Shown: positions 53,877 through 63,544, numbered from the stretch's first letter. The stretch is 64,000 bases of DNA from Acidobacteriota bacterium (GCA_022340545.1 JAJDNV010000090.1:801-64800); one strand, 5' to 3'. Notes: generated from the sequence alone by a model not told the origin. Program-made: numbers and translations.

Positions 53877-56288
53877 ATGGACCGCAAATGGCGACGGGCG
53901 GACGGCCTCGCCCTCCTCGCGCTCGTGGCGCTGGTCGTCGTCCTCTTCCGCGAGTCGCTGCTCGCGGGCGGGGTGTTCTTCAAACGTGACATCCACCTGA
54001 TCTGGCATCCGCAGATCCAGGGCTTCCTGCGCGCGGTCCGTGGGGGGGCCTGGCCGCTCTGGGACCCGAGCCCCGCCTTCGGACAACCGCTGCTCGCCGA
54101 CCCCGGCTCGCAGGTCCTCTATCCGCCGACCTGGTTGTGCCTGGCGCTGCGGCCCTGGACCTACTACACGCTGTTCGCCTTCGGCCACGTGCTCCTCTCG
54201 GGGCTCGCCTTCTACGCTCTGGTGCGGCGTCTTCGCGCCGGCCCGGTGGCCGCGCTCACCGGCGCCTCGCTGTGGGTGCTCGGCGGCCCCTTCCTGTCGC
54301 TCGTGGACCTCTGGCACCACTTCGCGAGCGCGGCGTGGATTCCCGCGGTGTTCCTGGCCGCCGAGCGCGCAATCGACCGACGGAGGCTTCGAGACGTCGT
54401 GATCCTGGCCCTGGCCTTTGGGCTCCAGATCCTGGCCGGGTCCGGCGACATGTGCGCCATCACGCTTCTGGCCCTCGCGATCTGGGTGGCGGTCCTGCAC
54501 GTTCCCTGGCGGAGCGGGTGGGCGGCGTGTCGCCCGGTGCTCGTTGCCGGGACGCTTGCGGTGTCCCTGGCCGTCGCCCTGTCCGCGGCGCTCTGGCTCA
54601 GCGCCCTCGACGCGGTGTCCCGGTCGGCTCGGCGCGACCTTCCGGAGGCCGTCCGGACCTACTGGTCCGTCCACCCGCTCGAACTCGTCGAGACCATGGC
54701 CCCCGGGGTGCCGGGCTGGCTGCCTCTTGCCCCCGCGGCGCGCGAGGCCCTCGGTCGAACCCGCGAGCCTTTCCTCACCTCGCTCTATCTCGGTCTTCCC
54801 GCGGTGGCGCTCGTGGCCGCCGGCATCTTCGGCTCGAGCATTCCCACACGTCGGCGCCTGCTCCTGGTCGGCTTCGGCGTCGCCGCCGTCCTCGTGGCCC
54901 TGGGTCACCACGCCCCGTTCTTCGACCTGATCACGACACTCGCGCTGCCGCTGCGACTGCTCCGCTACCCGGTCAAGGCCATGGTCCTCGCCGCGTTCGC
55001 CTGGGCGCTGCTGGGCGCTCTGGGGACGGAGGTCTGGCGCAGTGCCGGGGCCTCGGGCCGCCCGCTACGGGCGGCGGTGGTGGCGCTGGCCGTCCTGGGC
55101 GGGGCGAGCGCGTGCGCGGCCGCCGATCTCTTTCTCTGGCCCGAGGCCTGGCGCGGCCTGCTGGAGCCTGGCCGCGCCGGGGGTGGAGCCGAGACCGTGC
55201 TGCGGCTCGTGGCCGTCGCCCTCGCCTCACGCGCGGCCCTGGCGGTGGCGGCCCTGAGCCTCCTCTGGACGGCGCGGGCCGGGAAGGTGAGATCGTCGCT
55301 TCTCGCTGCGGGACTGGCCACCATCGCGGTCGCCGACCTCGCCCTCGTGCACCCCCGGCCCAACCCGGTGGCGCCCCCCACCTTCTACACCCACCGTCCC
55401 GACGTGCTCGACGCCCTCACCCCCGTCTCCTCGACCCGGGTCTACTCCTACGACTACAGCGAGACCGGGGTGGCCGAGCGCCGGCTCGGCCATCGCAGTG
55501 CCCACACCCTGGCCCGCGTTCCCGTTGGCTGGCGGATGGACGTGGCCCAGGCCCTGGGAATGCAGATGAGCCTCGAGCCCCAGACCGCGGGGCGCTGGGG
55601 CCTTCGACAGGCCTTCGACACCGACTACCGGGGCCTACAGCCCGAATCGCTCGCGCGCCTGACCCGGCTCGTCCGCCTCGCCGAGGACTGGCCGGGCGCC
55701 CTCGTCCGCTTGCTGCGGCTCGGGGCGGTGACCCACGTCGTAGGTCTTCACCGCGTTGGCGGCGACGATCTCGACACGGTCGCGACCATTCCCGGCCTCT
55801 TCGAGGACCCGATCCAGGTTCGGGTCGTACCCGACACGCTGCCGCGCACCTTCGTCGTGGGCGGGGTGCGCACAGCCGATTCCTGGGAGGACGCCCTGGA
55901 GGCACTCCTCGATCCCGCGTTCGAGCCGAGGCACGAGGTTCTCCTCTCTACGGGAGACGTCCGGCGTGCGCCGCCTGGCTTCTCGGGCACCAGCCGGATC
56001 CTGGAAGAGACGGCCGACCGCGTCCGCATCGAGGCGGAGCTCTCGTCCCACGGACACGTCGTCCTCGTCGACGGCTACGACCCCGGCTGGCGGGCCAGCG
56101 TCGACGGCCGGCCCGCTTCAGTGCTCCGGGCCAACGTCGCCTTTCGTGCGGTCGCGGTGTCTGCCGGTCGCCACGTGATCGAGATGGTCTACCGGCCTCC
56201 CCTCACCATGGCCGGGCTCGTCCTGAGCGGGATCAGCCTTCTCCTGATCGTCGCCTTGCTTCTCTGGTCTCTCCGAATGGCCGCCTGA
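53877..56288 (+). CDS. YfhO-like polytopic membrane protein (putative GT-C glycosyltransferase) with a large C-terminal periplasmic domain
   Basis: 803 aa, more than 12 TM helices in the N-terminal 450 aa, a C-terminal beta-rich domain and a final TM; the architecture matches the YfhO family. Confidence 0.65.
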   Translation: MDRKWRRADGLALLALVALVVVLFRESLLAGGVFFKRDIHLIWHPQIQGFLRAVRGGAWPLWDPSPAFGQPLLADPGSQVLYPPTWLCLALRPWTYYTLFAFGHVLLSGLAFYALVRRLRAGPVAALTGASLWVLGGPFLSLVDLWHHFASAAWIPAVFLAAERAIDRRRLRDVVILALAFGLQILAGSGDMCAITLLALAIWVAVLHVPWRSGWAACRPVLVAGTLAVSLAVALSAALWLSALDAVSRSARRDLPEAVRTYWSVHPLELVETMAPGVPGWLPLAPAAREALGRTREPFLTSLYLGLPAVALVAAGIFGSSIPTRRRLLLVGFGVAAVLVALGHHAPFFDLITTLALPLRLLRYPVKAMVLAAFAWALLGALGTEVWRSAGASGRPLRAAVVALAVLGGASACAAADLFLWPEAWRGLLEPGRAGGGAETVLRLVAVALASRAALAVAALSLLWTARAGKVRSSLLAAGLATIAVADLALVHPRPNPVAPPTFYTHRPDVLDALTPVSSTRVYSYDYSETGVAERRLGHRSAHTLARVPVGWRMDVAQALGMQMSLEPQTAGRWGLRQAFDTDYRGLQPESLARLTRLVRLAEDWPGALVRLLRLGAVTHVVGLHRVGGDDLDTVATIPGLFEDPIQVRVVPDTLPRTFVVGGVRTADSWEDALEALLDPAFEPRHEVLLSTGDVRRAPPGFSGTSRILEETADRVRIEAELSSHGHVVLVDGYDPGWRASVDGRPASVLRANVAFRAVAVSAGRHVIEMVYRPPLTMAGLVLSGISLLLIVALLLWSLRMAA

Positions 56289-56357
56289 CGGGATTCAACC
56301 CTCGGGGGCCCGGTCCGTTCCAATGAAACAGGGGGAAGAGGAAACGGGGAGAAGACC

Positions 56358-56840
56358 ATGAAGAGACTCATCGGAACGGTGATACTGGGAGCGGCTGTCG
56401 GTGCCGTGCCCGCCGTGGCCCAGCCGGCCGGGCCGGGGAGCGGAGAAGGACGACGGGGGAACCGGGGCCGGGCGCTCGTCGAGTACCTTGGCCTGAGCGC
56501 CGAGCAGGCGCAGCAGTGGCGTGCGCTCCAAGAGCAGCATCGCGAGGAGATGAAGCCCCTCTTCGAGGAGGGCCGGGCCCTGCGGCAGAGAGTCAAGGAA
56601 GCGCTCGAGGCCGGGGAGAACGAGTTCGCGGTGGGCGAGGCGGTGAAGGCGGTCCATGCCCACCGTCAGCGCATGCAGCAGGAGCGAGAGGCCTTCCAGG
56701 AGCAGCTGAAATCATCTCTCAACGAAAAGCAGAAGGAGAAGTTCGAGGCCTTCAAGGCCGCCCGCCGGGCCGGCCGGGGAAACCGCCGCGGTGGGCGCTC
56801 CGGGCGTGGCCCGGCACCTCCGCAGCCTATCGAAGGCTGA
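56358..56840 (+). CDS. Periplasmic Spy/CpxP/ZraP-like (LTXXQ-motif) stress protein
   Basis: Signal peptide, helical, LSAEQAQQWRAL (LTXXQ-like) repeats, Gly/Arg-rich tail. Strong RBS GGGGGAAGAGGAAACGGGGAG. Confidence 0.6.
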   Translation: MKRLIGTVILGAAVGAVPAVAQPAGPGSGEGRRGNRGRALVEYLGLSAEQAQQWRALQEQHREEMKPLFEEGRALRQRVKEALEAGENEFAVGEAVKAVHAHRQRMQQEREAFQEQLKSSLNEKQKEKFEAFKAARRAGRGNRRGGRSGRGPAPPQPIEG

Positions 56841-56863
56841 ACCCGGGTCCACCCGGACGTCCT

Positions 56864-56900
56864 GGCCGCGGGTCTTCGCCCCGCGGCCTTCGTTTGCCCT
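56864..56900 (+). terminator. Putative intrinsic terminator after the Spy-like gene (GGCCGCGGGtcttcgCCCCGCGGCC followed by TTCGTTTG)
   Basis: 9-bp GC stem with a short loop followed by a T-containing tract. It lies in a convergent intergenic region. Confidence 0.35.
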
Positions 56901-56947
56901 GCGGCGCCGAGCCGGAACGTCGGTTTGGCCCGGAGTAGCGCTCGCGC

Positions 56948-57922
56948 TCAGCGACCGGCACGCAGCGCGGCGACGACCTCATCGGGCGTGGCCGGTGCGG
57001 TCCCGACCTTCCCGACCACGACACCGGCCGCGCAGTTGGCGAGGGCCGCCGCCTCGGGCAGGGTCGCCCCGGCCGCCACGGCGAGGGCCATGGTGGCGAT
57101 GACGCTGTCCCCGGCTCCGGTCACGTCGAAGACCTCGCGGGTGGCGGAAGGGACGTGGACCGGCTTCCGTCTCCGCTCGAACAGGCTCATCCCGTGCTCG
57201 CCACGCGTGACGAGGGCAGCCCGGCAGCCCAGCAGCGAGAGGATGCGCCGCCCGGCGATGACCAGATCATCCTCGTCCCGAACGGGGAGGCCGGTGGCCT
57301 GCTCGGCCTCGATCTGGTTCGGTGTCACCAGCGTCACTCCGCGGTAGCGTCGGAAGTGTCGCTGCTTGGGATCGACGAAGACCGGTAGGCGCCGGCGCCG
57401 GGCGAGGGGAAGCACCTTGCGGAGCAGCGAGGCGGTGACCGCCCCTTTCTCGTAGTCCGAGATCACCAGCGCCTCGGCGGAGGGAAGCTCGCGCCGCACC
57501 GAGGCGACGAGCGCGCGTTCGGCGTCCGCGGGGATGTCGCCCTTCTCCTCGCGGTCCGTGCGCACCACCTGCTGGTTGTGAGCGATGACACGGGTCTTCA
57601 CCGTTGTCGGGCGCCCCGAGTCCGAGCTCTCGAGGCATGACGCGATCCCGGCCCTTTGCAGCGCCTCCTCGATCCGCCGTCCGGCGTCGTCGCGACCGAT
57701 CACCCCGGCGAGGGCGGGCTCCCCGCCGAGGGAGCGCACGTTCGCGGCAACGTTGCCGGCACCCCCGAGGTGATCGCTCTGGCCCGTGACCTCCACGACG
57801 GGCACCGGGGCCTCCGGAGAGATGCGACCCACGCGGCCCCAGATGAACTCGTCCAGCATCACGTCGCCGAGCACGAGGACGCGTCGCCCACGCATGGTGT
57901 CGAGGAGTGCCGCACCGCGCAT
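56948..57922 (-). CDS. hldE: D-glycero-beta-D-manno-heptose-7-phosphate kinase (HldE domain I / RfaE-like, PfkB family)
   Basis: From ATG 57922. RVLVLGDVMLDEFIWG, GGAGNVAAN and C-terminal DVTGAGDSVIA match the PfkB sugar kinase / RfaE domain I fold. No adenylyltransferase domain II. Confidence 0.8.
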   Translation of the reverse strand: MRGAALLDTMRGRRVLVLGDVMLDEFIWGRVGRISPEAPVPVVEVTGQSDHLGGAGNVAANVRSLGGEPALAGVIGRDDAGRRIEEALQRAGIASCLESSDSGRPTTVKTRVIAHNQQVVRTDREEKGDIPADAERALVASVRRELPSAEALVISDYEKGAVTASLLRKVLPLARRRRLPVFVDPKQRHFRRYRGVTLVTPNQIEAEQATGLPVRDEDDLVIAGRRILSLLGCRAALVTRGEHGMSLFERRRKPVHVPSATREVFDVTGAGDSVIATMALAVAAGATLPEAAALANCAAGVVVGKVGTAPATPDEVVAALRAGR

Positions 57923-57942
57923 GGGGGAGAGCAGCGGCACGG

Positions 57943-59271
57943 TCAGACGCCGCCTCCGGCACGCTCGCGCCGCCGCGCGAACGGCAGGGAAGTGAGAAGA
58001 AGCGCGAGCATCAGGACTTCTGAATCGCCGAGATTGTACTCGAACAGCCCCGCGACCAGGAACGCCACGAGCCCGCCCAGGGCCGCAACGGCAGGCCAGC
58101 CCGCCGAGGACTCCACCTTCGCCCGCCGGGCCTCCGCGAGCGCGGTGGCCAGAGCCACCAGGACCCACCACGTAAAGAACGCGAGCCCGGGCAATCCTCG
58201 TGTGGCCGCGATCTGCAGCGCGTTGTTGTGGAGGTGGGGCGTCGTCGGGTTCGGGGCCTCGGGCCAGCGGTACTGCGGGTAGACCGCGAGAATCATGCCC
58301 GGACCCTGTCCGAACACCGGTTTGTCGAGGACCATGTCCACGCCCGCCTGCCACATGTAGTAGCGGTCAACCGTGCTTGCGTCGCTCACGGTGAGCCGCG
58401 AGGACACGGCAGTGGGCCGCACCAGAAGGAGCGCGGCCAGCACCGCGGCGAGTCCCCAGAGGAGTCGCGGGGTCCGCACGACCGCAACCAGACCCAGGCC
58501 GGCCACGACCCCGATCCAGGCGTTGCGCGTCTGCGACACCACGAGCGCCCACGCCCCGAGCGGAACCGCGACCCAGGGAAGCAGAGCCGCCGCCGCACGG
58601 ACCGACGCTCGGTCCGAGAGGGCCACTGCGGCGCCCGCTGCAGCGAGGCCGGCAACGAACAGCCGGGTCGGCAGCACCCCCGCGCCGGGGGCGACCACTC
58701 CGAGCGCCGCCACTGCCGCAACGCCGGTGACGAGCGCCCCGACGAGCCACGTGTTGCTCAGTCGTGGCCGCTCGAGACGCCCGAGCGCGAGGCGTGAGGC
58801 CGCCGCGACCACCACCCCCATGAGGACGCCCGACGAGGACATGTAGTGTCCGAGGAACCCGCCGGGGCGGCGGTTCAAGCTGTCGTACCCGAGGGCGTGG
58901 TACTGCAGGACCACGAGGGTGGCCAAGGCGACCCCGCCCATGAAGAGAGCGGAAATGACGCCCTCGCGGGCCCGGCCGCAGGTGAGGGTGCTGACCGCCA
59001 GGTAGAAGAGCAAGAAGAGGAGGAGCTCCTTCGCGTCCTCGTGGGCGGCCGCAGGATCGGTGGCGAAAGAGGCGGACATCAGCGTCCAGACCGCGTAGGC
59101 CAGGAGGGGGGCGTCGAGGGGGGTGGGCGCGAGGCGGATCTCGCGTCGCAGAAGCCGAACCGCGAAGACCGCCGCCCCGAGTGCAAGCGCGACCTCGGCG
59201 GCGAAGATCGAGACCGGGATCGTGGCCGCGAGGGCAGCGAGCAGTCCGAGCTGCGTACGCTCCATCCTCAC
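57943..59271 (-). CDS. O-antigen ligase family (WaaL/Wzy_C) polytopic membrane protein
   Basis: 442 aa, about 12 TM helices, with a periplasmic loop containing ...NAWIGVVAGLGL... and ...HNNALQIAATRGLPG (O-antigen ligase-like His region). Confidence 0.65.
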   Translation of the reverse strand: MRMERTQLGLLAALAATIPVSIFAAEVALALGAAVFAVRLLRREIRLAPTPLDAPLLAYAVWTLMSASFATDPAAAHEDAKELLLFLLFYLAVSTLTCGRAREGVISALFMGGVALATLVVLQYHALGYDSLNRRPGGFLGHYMSSSGVLMGVVVAAASRLALGRLERPRLSNTWLVGALVTGVAAVAALGVVAPGAGVLPTRLFVAGLAAAGAAVALSDRASVRAAAALLPWVAVPLGAWALVVSQTRNAWIGVVAGLGLVAVVRTPRLLWGLAAVLAALLLVRPTAVSSRLTVSDASTVDRYYMWQAGVDMVLDKPVFGQGPGMILAVYPQYRWPEAPNPTTPHLHNNALQIAATRGLPGLAFFTWWVLVALATALAEARRAKVESSAGWPAVAALGGLVAFLVAGLFEYNLGDSEVLMLALLLTSLPFARRRERAGGGV

Positions 59272-59293
59272 TCGGCCAGGCTCCGGGTTCCGG

Positions 59294-59464
59294 CTATTCC
59301 TCGACCGAGGCCTCTTCGACGAGCATCACCGGGATGTCGTCCTGGACGGGGTAGACCCGCTTGCACTGGGCGCAGCGGAGCCCGGCTCCATCCTTCACGA
59401 CCTCGACGGGGGTCTTGCACACGGGGCAGGCGAGGATCTCGAGCAGCTCCGGGTCGATGGGCAT
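59294..59464 (-). CDS. Trm112/YcaR-like zinc-ribbon protein (56 aa)
   Basis: MPIDPELLEILACPVCKTPVEVVKDGAGLRCAQCKRVYPVQDDIPVMLVEEASVEE is a classic Trm112 (DUF343) pattern. It is below the ORF-track length cutoff, so I found it by hand translation. Confidence 0.6.
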   Translation of the reverse strand: MPIDPELLEILACPVCKTPVEVVKDGAGLRCAQCKRVYPVQDDIPVMLVEEASVEE

Positions 59465-59607
59465 GGCCGAGTCTAGCGCACCGATCCGCCTCTGCGGTAG
59501 CGGTCGGACGCACCGGACCTGTCCCGGTACCCTCCTGGCGTAGGGTGGAGCCGCTGGACAGACCGCCGGGCCTCTCCCACCGGCGCATCACGCTGAGGAG
59601 GAAGACG

Positions 59608-59901
59608 ATGCGCGTGGTTTTCGTGGAGAAGTCGAACGGGCCCCAGAGGCTCGTGTGCGAGGCCGAGGTCGTGTTCGAGGCGGAGGCGGGTCCGCTCGCC
59701 GGGATGAAGCTCGTGGGCTTTTCGCTCTGGCGCACGTCCGAAGGGGACGTGTTCGTGAGCCTGCCGGCGCGCCCGTTCAATGCCGGCGGGGAGCGCCGCT
59801 TCTTCGATCTGCTACGCTCGGTCGAAGGAGATCCCGCCGACGGCAAGCGGGTGAAGGGCTGGATTCTCGAGCAGTTCCAGACGAACACCGCAGCCGCCTG
59901 A
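59608..59901 (+). CDS. Divergent SpoVG-family protein (97 aa)
   Basis: Strong RBS GAGGAGGAAGACG. RLVCEAEVVFEAEAGPLAGMKLVGFSLWRTSEGDVFVSLPARPFNAGGERRFFDLLRSV parallels the SpoVG pattern (..ASITLD..FVVHDIRVI.G..GLFVAMPS.R...G.FRDIAHP). Confidence 0.5.
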   Translation: MRVVFVEKSNGPQRLVCEAEVVFEAEAGPLAGMKLVGFSLWRTSEGDVFVSLPARPFNAGGERRFFDLLRSVEGDPADGKRVKGWILEQFQTNTAAA

Positions 59902-60030
59902 GTCGCACAGGCCCCGTCCCGCCGGCCCCGTCCGGCCGCCGGGACGGGACCTCAGGCGCAACTCCGGCCAGCTTTGACTCCCCCGGAAACCGCGTGGGAC
60001 AATCGTCGACAGGGGGTTTCCTCGTCCGAC

Positions 60031-62010
60031 ATGCCGACACTGCTCGTCCTTGTTCTTGCCATCCTGCCGTCCGCAGCGCTGGAGGAACCCCCGGTTCCTA
60101 CACTTCCCGGACCCGACGGCCACGCCGAGTCCTACTTCCACTACAGCCTCGGGCTGCAGGCGCGCCTGGCCGGCGACACCGACACCGCGCTCGCCGAGTT
60201 CCAGCGTGCCCGGGAGGTCGATCCCTCCGCCGCTCCGGTGCGCGTCGAGACGGCGCGCCTCTACCGGGAGATGGGGCGGCTCGACGAGGCCACTGCGGAG
60301 GCCGTCGAGGCTGTCCGGCTCGACCATGACGACGCCGACGCGCACCTCATCCTCGCCCAGCTCTACCAGATCCAGGCGGTCGGCCCCGAGGCCGAGGCCG
60401 TCATCCGCAAGGCGGCCGCCGAGTACGAGGAGGTGGCGCGGTTACGGCCGACCGACGGACACTCGCTCCTCAACCTGGCCGGCATCTACGGCCAGCTCCA
60501 GGAGCACGCGGACGCCGCCCGTGCCTGGGAGATGTACCTTGCCCTCGACCCCGGCAACTTCGAGGCCCACGTCCAGAGGGGCACGCAGCTGCTGCTCTCC
60601 GGTGAGTCCGAGGCCGCCGCGGCCGTGCTCCGCACGGCCCTCGAGCTGCAGCCCGACTCGGCCCGGGCCTACCAGATCCTCGGGGAGATCTACCAGCGCA
60701 GCGAGCAGTGGGACCAGGCGATCGAGCACTACGGCAAGGCGGTCGAGAAGGAGCCCGACAACGTCCGCTTGCGTCTGGCCCTTGGCGAAACCCTCTTGCA
60801 GGCGGAGCGCCTCGACGAGACGCTGGAGCAGGCGTCGGCGGTCTTGAAGCTCGACCCGAAGAATCGCTTCGCGCTCGACCTGGAGGGCCGGGCGCTGCGC
60901 GACCTGCGCCGGTTCGACGAGGCCGACGCGGTGGCCGACCGGCTGATCGCCGGGGACCCCAACGATCTCAAATCGGCCTACCTGAAGGTCACGATCGCCG
61001 AGAGGCGGGGTGACTACGAGGCGGCAGCGGCACTGCTCGAGGACCTCGTGGCCCCCCGCGAGGACGAAGGGGAAGAGCCCCCGGAGAACATGCGGGCGTT
61101 CCTCGTGCACCTCGGCTTTGCCTATCAGCGTCTGGGCCGTTTCGCCGAAGCCGCCGAGGTGTTCAGGCAGGCGAATGAGGCGGGCTCGCCTCCCGGCGCC
61201 GACCTATTGAGCTTCCACGCCGAGGCGCTCTACCAGGCCAAGGAGCTCGACGCGTCCCTGGCCGCAGTCCGCGAGGCCCGGCAACGCTTCCCCGACGACC
61301 CCGATCTCACCGGACTCCAGGCGACCCTGCTGCGCGAGACGGGGGACGAGGCGGCGGCGGTGGCCCTCATCGAGGGGCTGCGGCAGCAGGCCCCGGAGGA
61401 CGTCCGAGTGCTCGGGCGCGTGGCCGACTACTATCGGAGGGCGGGGGGATTCGCCCAGGCCGAGCAGGCGCTCCGACAGGCGCTGGAGATCGAGCCCGAG
61501 AGCCTGCCCGTCCTCTTCCAGCTCGGGGCGGTGCTGGAGCGGCAAAGGCGTCATGACGAGGCGGAGGTCGTTTTCCGCGAGGCCCTCCGGCTGGAGCCCG
61601 AGTCCGCCCCCGTGCTCAACTACCTCGGCTACATGAACGCGGACCGGAACACCCGCGTCGAAGAGGCGCTCGCCCTCATCGAGAAGGCGGTCGAGATCGA
61701 TCCCTCGAGCCCCGCCTACCTCGACAGCATGGGCTGGGCGCTGTACCGCCTCAATCGACTCGAGGCCGCGGAAGAGTCCGTGCGCAAGGCCCTCGAGCGG
61801 GACGACAAGAACGCGGTGATCCTCGACCACCTCGGCGACATCCTCTCCAAGCGCGGCCGCGTGGCCGAGGCCCTGCTCTACTGGCAGAGGGCGCTCGAAG
61901 GAGAGGACGAGGAGAACGAGCTGGACCGTCCGCACGTGGAGGCCAAGATCCGTGAGGCACAAGGCGTCCTTCGGGCCCAGCAGCGGGAGCCGGCCCCGCC
62001 GAACCCCTAG
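60031..62010 (+). CDS. Secreted tetratricopeptide-repeat (TPR) protein
   Basis: Signal peptide MPTLLVLVLAILPSAAL, then more than 14 TPR-like helical repeats (AL..DP....A...LG.IY...G....A...Y.KAL). Confidence 0.7.
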   Translation: MPTLLVLVLAILPSAALEEPPVPTLPGPDGHAESYFHYSLGLQARLAGDTDTALAEFQRAREVDPSAAPVRVETARLYREMGRLDEATAEAVEAVRLDHDDADAHLILAQLYQIQAVGPEAEAVIRKAAAEYEEVARLRPTDGHSLLNLAGIYGQLQEHADAARAWEMYLALDPGNFEAHVQRGTQLLLSGESEAAAAVLRTALELQPDSARAYQILGEIYQRSEQWDQAIEHYGKAVEKEPDNVRLRLALGETLLQAERLDETLEQASAVLKLDPKNRFALDLEGRALRDLRRFDEADAVADRLIAGDPNDLKSAYLKVTIAERRGDYEAAAALLEDLVAPREDEGEEPPENMRAFLVHLGFAYQRLGRFAEAAEVFRQANEAGSPPGADLLSFHAEALYQAKELDASLAAVREARQRFPDDPDLTGLQATLLRETGDEAAAVALIEGLRQQAPEDVRVLGRVADYYRRAGGFAQAEQALRQALEIEPESLPVLFQLGAVLERQRRHDEAEVVFREALRLEPESAPVLNYLGYMNADRNTRVEEALALIEKAVEIDPSSPAYLDSMGWALYRLNRLEAAEESVRKALERDDKNAVILDHLGDILSKRGRVAEALLYWQRALEGEDEENELDRPHVEAKIREAQGVLRAQQREPAPPNP

Positions 62011-62596
62011 AGTCGTCCTCGTCGGCCTCCTGCTCGCGTCCGCGGGCTGCGCCACCTGGAACCCGGCGCCACCGATGGCCGCCGAGCGGGCCGCCGCCGC
62101 CAACAGCTACCGGGGGAATCTCCGAGTGTCCGTCAAGGGCGAGGACCTCCGGGGGCGGAGCGATGCGATCGTGGCCTTCCACCGCCCGTCGCAGATGAGG
62201 ATCGAGATCCCGGGCCATGCCGGGGCCCGCCTGGTGGCGGTCGTGCGGGGCGAGCGCCTCACCGCGGTGCTACCCGCCCACCGGGCGGTGCTCGAGGCGC
62301 CGGCGACCGCGGCCGACTTCGACGCGCTGCTGGGCGTGGCGCTGGTACCAGCGGAGCTCATGGACATGCTGGTGGGCGTGGCGCCGCCCCGGCTGCGGTC
62401 CTACCGGGCCGGATGGGGCGAACGCCTGCCCGAGCGGATCGAGGCGGTGCTGCCCGACGGGACCCGTTTCAAGGCGAGCGTGGACGACCCCGAGATCGGG
62501 ATCTCGCTTCCCGCCGCCGCCTTCGAGTTTCCCCCGCACCCCGGCTACCGGCCGGTGGACGCTGCCGAGGCGCGGCGCCTCCTGGTGGGGCGCTGA
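61952..62596 (+). CDS. LolB-like outer-membrane lipoprotein (DUF4292-type), upstream of ispE
   Basis: Lipoprotein signal ...RVVLVGLLLASAGC. Position immediately 5' of ispE mirrors the lolB-ispE arrangement of Proteobacteria. Its 5' end overlaps the TPR gene by 59 nt. Confidence 0.5.
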   Translation: MRHKASFGPSSGSRPRRTPRVVLVGLLLASAGCATWNPAPPMAAERAAAANSYRGNLRVSVKGEDLRGRSDAIVAFHRPSQMRIEIPGHAGARLVAVVRGERLTAVLPAHRAVLEAPATAADFDALLGVALVPAELMDMLVGVAPPRLRSYRAGWGERLPERIEAVLPDGTRFKASVDDPEIGISLPAAAFEFPPHPGYRPVDAAEARRLLVGR

Positions 62597-63507
62597 TGCC
62601 CCGCGCCCGGCGGGTGAAGAGCTACGCCAAGATCAACCTCGGGCTCGAGGTGCTCGGGCTGCGCGAGGACGGCCACCACGAGCTGAGGACGCTCTTCCAG
62701 ACGATCGATCTTCACGACGACGTCGTGCTGCGGCCCCGTCCCCGAGCGGTCTCGGTCCGGTGTCGCCATCCCCGGGTCCCCCGCGACGAGACAAACCTGG
62801 CGGTGCGAGCAGCGGAGGCGCTGCGCCGCTACGCGAAGGTGTCGACCGGGGTCGAGATCGAGATCACCAAGCGCATCCCGGTGGCCGCGGGACTCGGGGG
62901 AGGGAGCAGCAACGCGGCGGCGGTCCTCATGGCGCTGGACCGTATGTGGCGCCTCGGCCTCGGCCCCGACGGTCTGCACCGACTGGCCCGTCGTCTCGGC
63001 GCCGACGTGCCGTACTTCCTCCTCGGTGGCACCGCGCTCGGGCTGGGCCGGGGGGACGAGGTCTATCCGCTCCGCCGCCAGCTCCGGGCCTGGGTGGTGC
63101 TGGTCGACCCCGGCCTCCCGGTCTCGACGGCGGCGGTGTTCTCCAGGATCGACAGAAGTTTGACACCCCGAGAAAACAGTACTAGCATCTTCTACTTTGT
63201 ATCGAGGGAGTTGGAGGGAGTCGGCGGGTATCGGCTCCTCGTCAATGATCTCGAGGAGGCGGCCATGGAGGAGGCGCCGGCCCTTCGTGATCGGGTCGTG
63301 CGCGTCCGGGACGTGCTCCGTGGGGAGGGTGCGCGGCTGGCGGCTCTCACCGGGAGCGGGTCGAGTTTCTTCGGGCTGTTCGACGGCGCACGCGCGGCGC
63401 GTCGGGCGGGGGTAGCGCTCGAGTCGCACGGCTTCCCCGCTCTCGTCGCCCGCACGCTGACGCTCGAGCAGTACCGAAGGGCGTGGTCTTCGCCCCGGGC
63501 TCGCTGA
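62596..63507 (+). CDS. ispE: 4-diphosphocytidyl-2-C-methyl-D-erythritol kinase
   Basis: KINLGLEVLG, IPVAAGLGGGSSNAAAV (GHMP kinase motif). ATG overlaps the upstream stop (TGATG). Confidence 0.9.
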   Translation: MPRARRVKSYAKINLGLEVLGLREDGHHELRTLFQTIDLHDDVVLRPRPRAVSVRCRHPRVPRDETNLAVRAAEALRRYAKVSTGVEIEITKRIPVAAGLGGGSSNAAAVLMALDRMWRLGLGPDGLHRLARRLGADVPYFLLGGTALGLGRGDEVYPLRRQLRAWVVLVDPGLPVSTAAVFSRIDRSLTPRENSTSIFYFVSRELEGVGGYRLLVNDLEEAAMEEAPALRDRVVRVRDVLRGEGARLAALTGSGSSFFGLFDGARAARRAGVALESHGFPALVARTLTLEQYRRAWSSPRAR

Positions 63508-63544
63508 TGAAGGCGACCCTCGAGCCGCGAGAGGAGCGCACACC

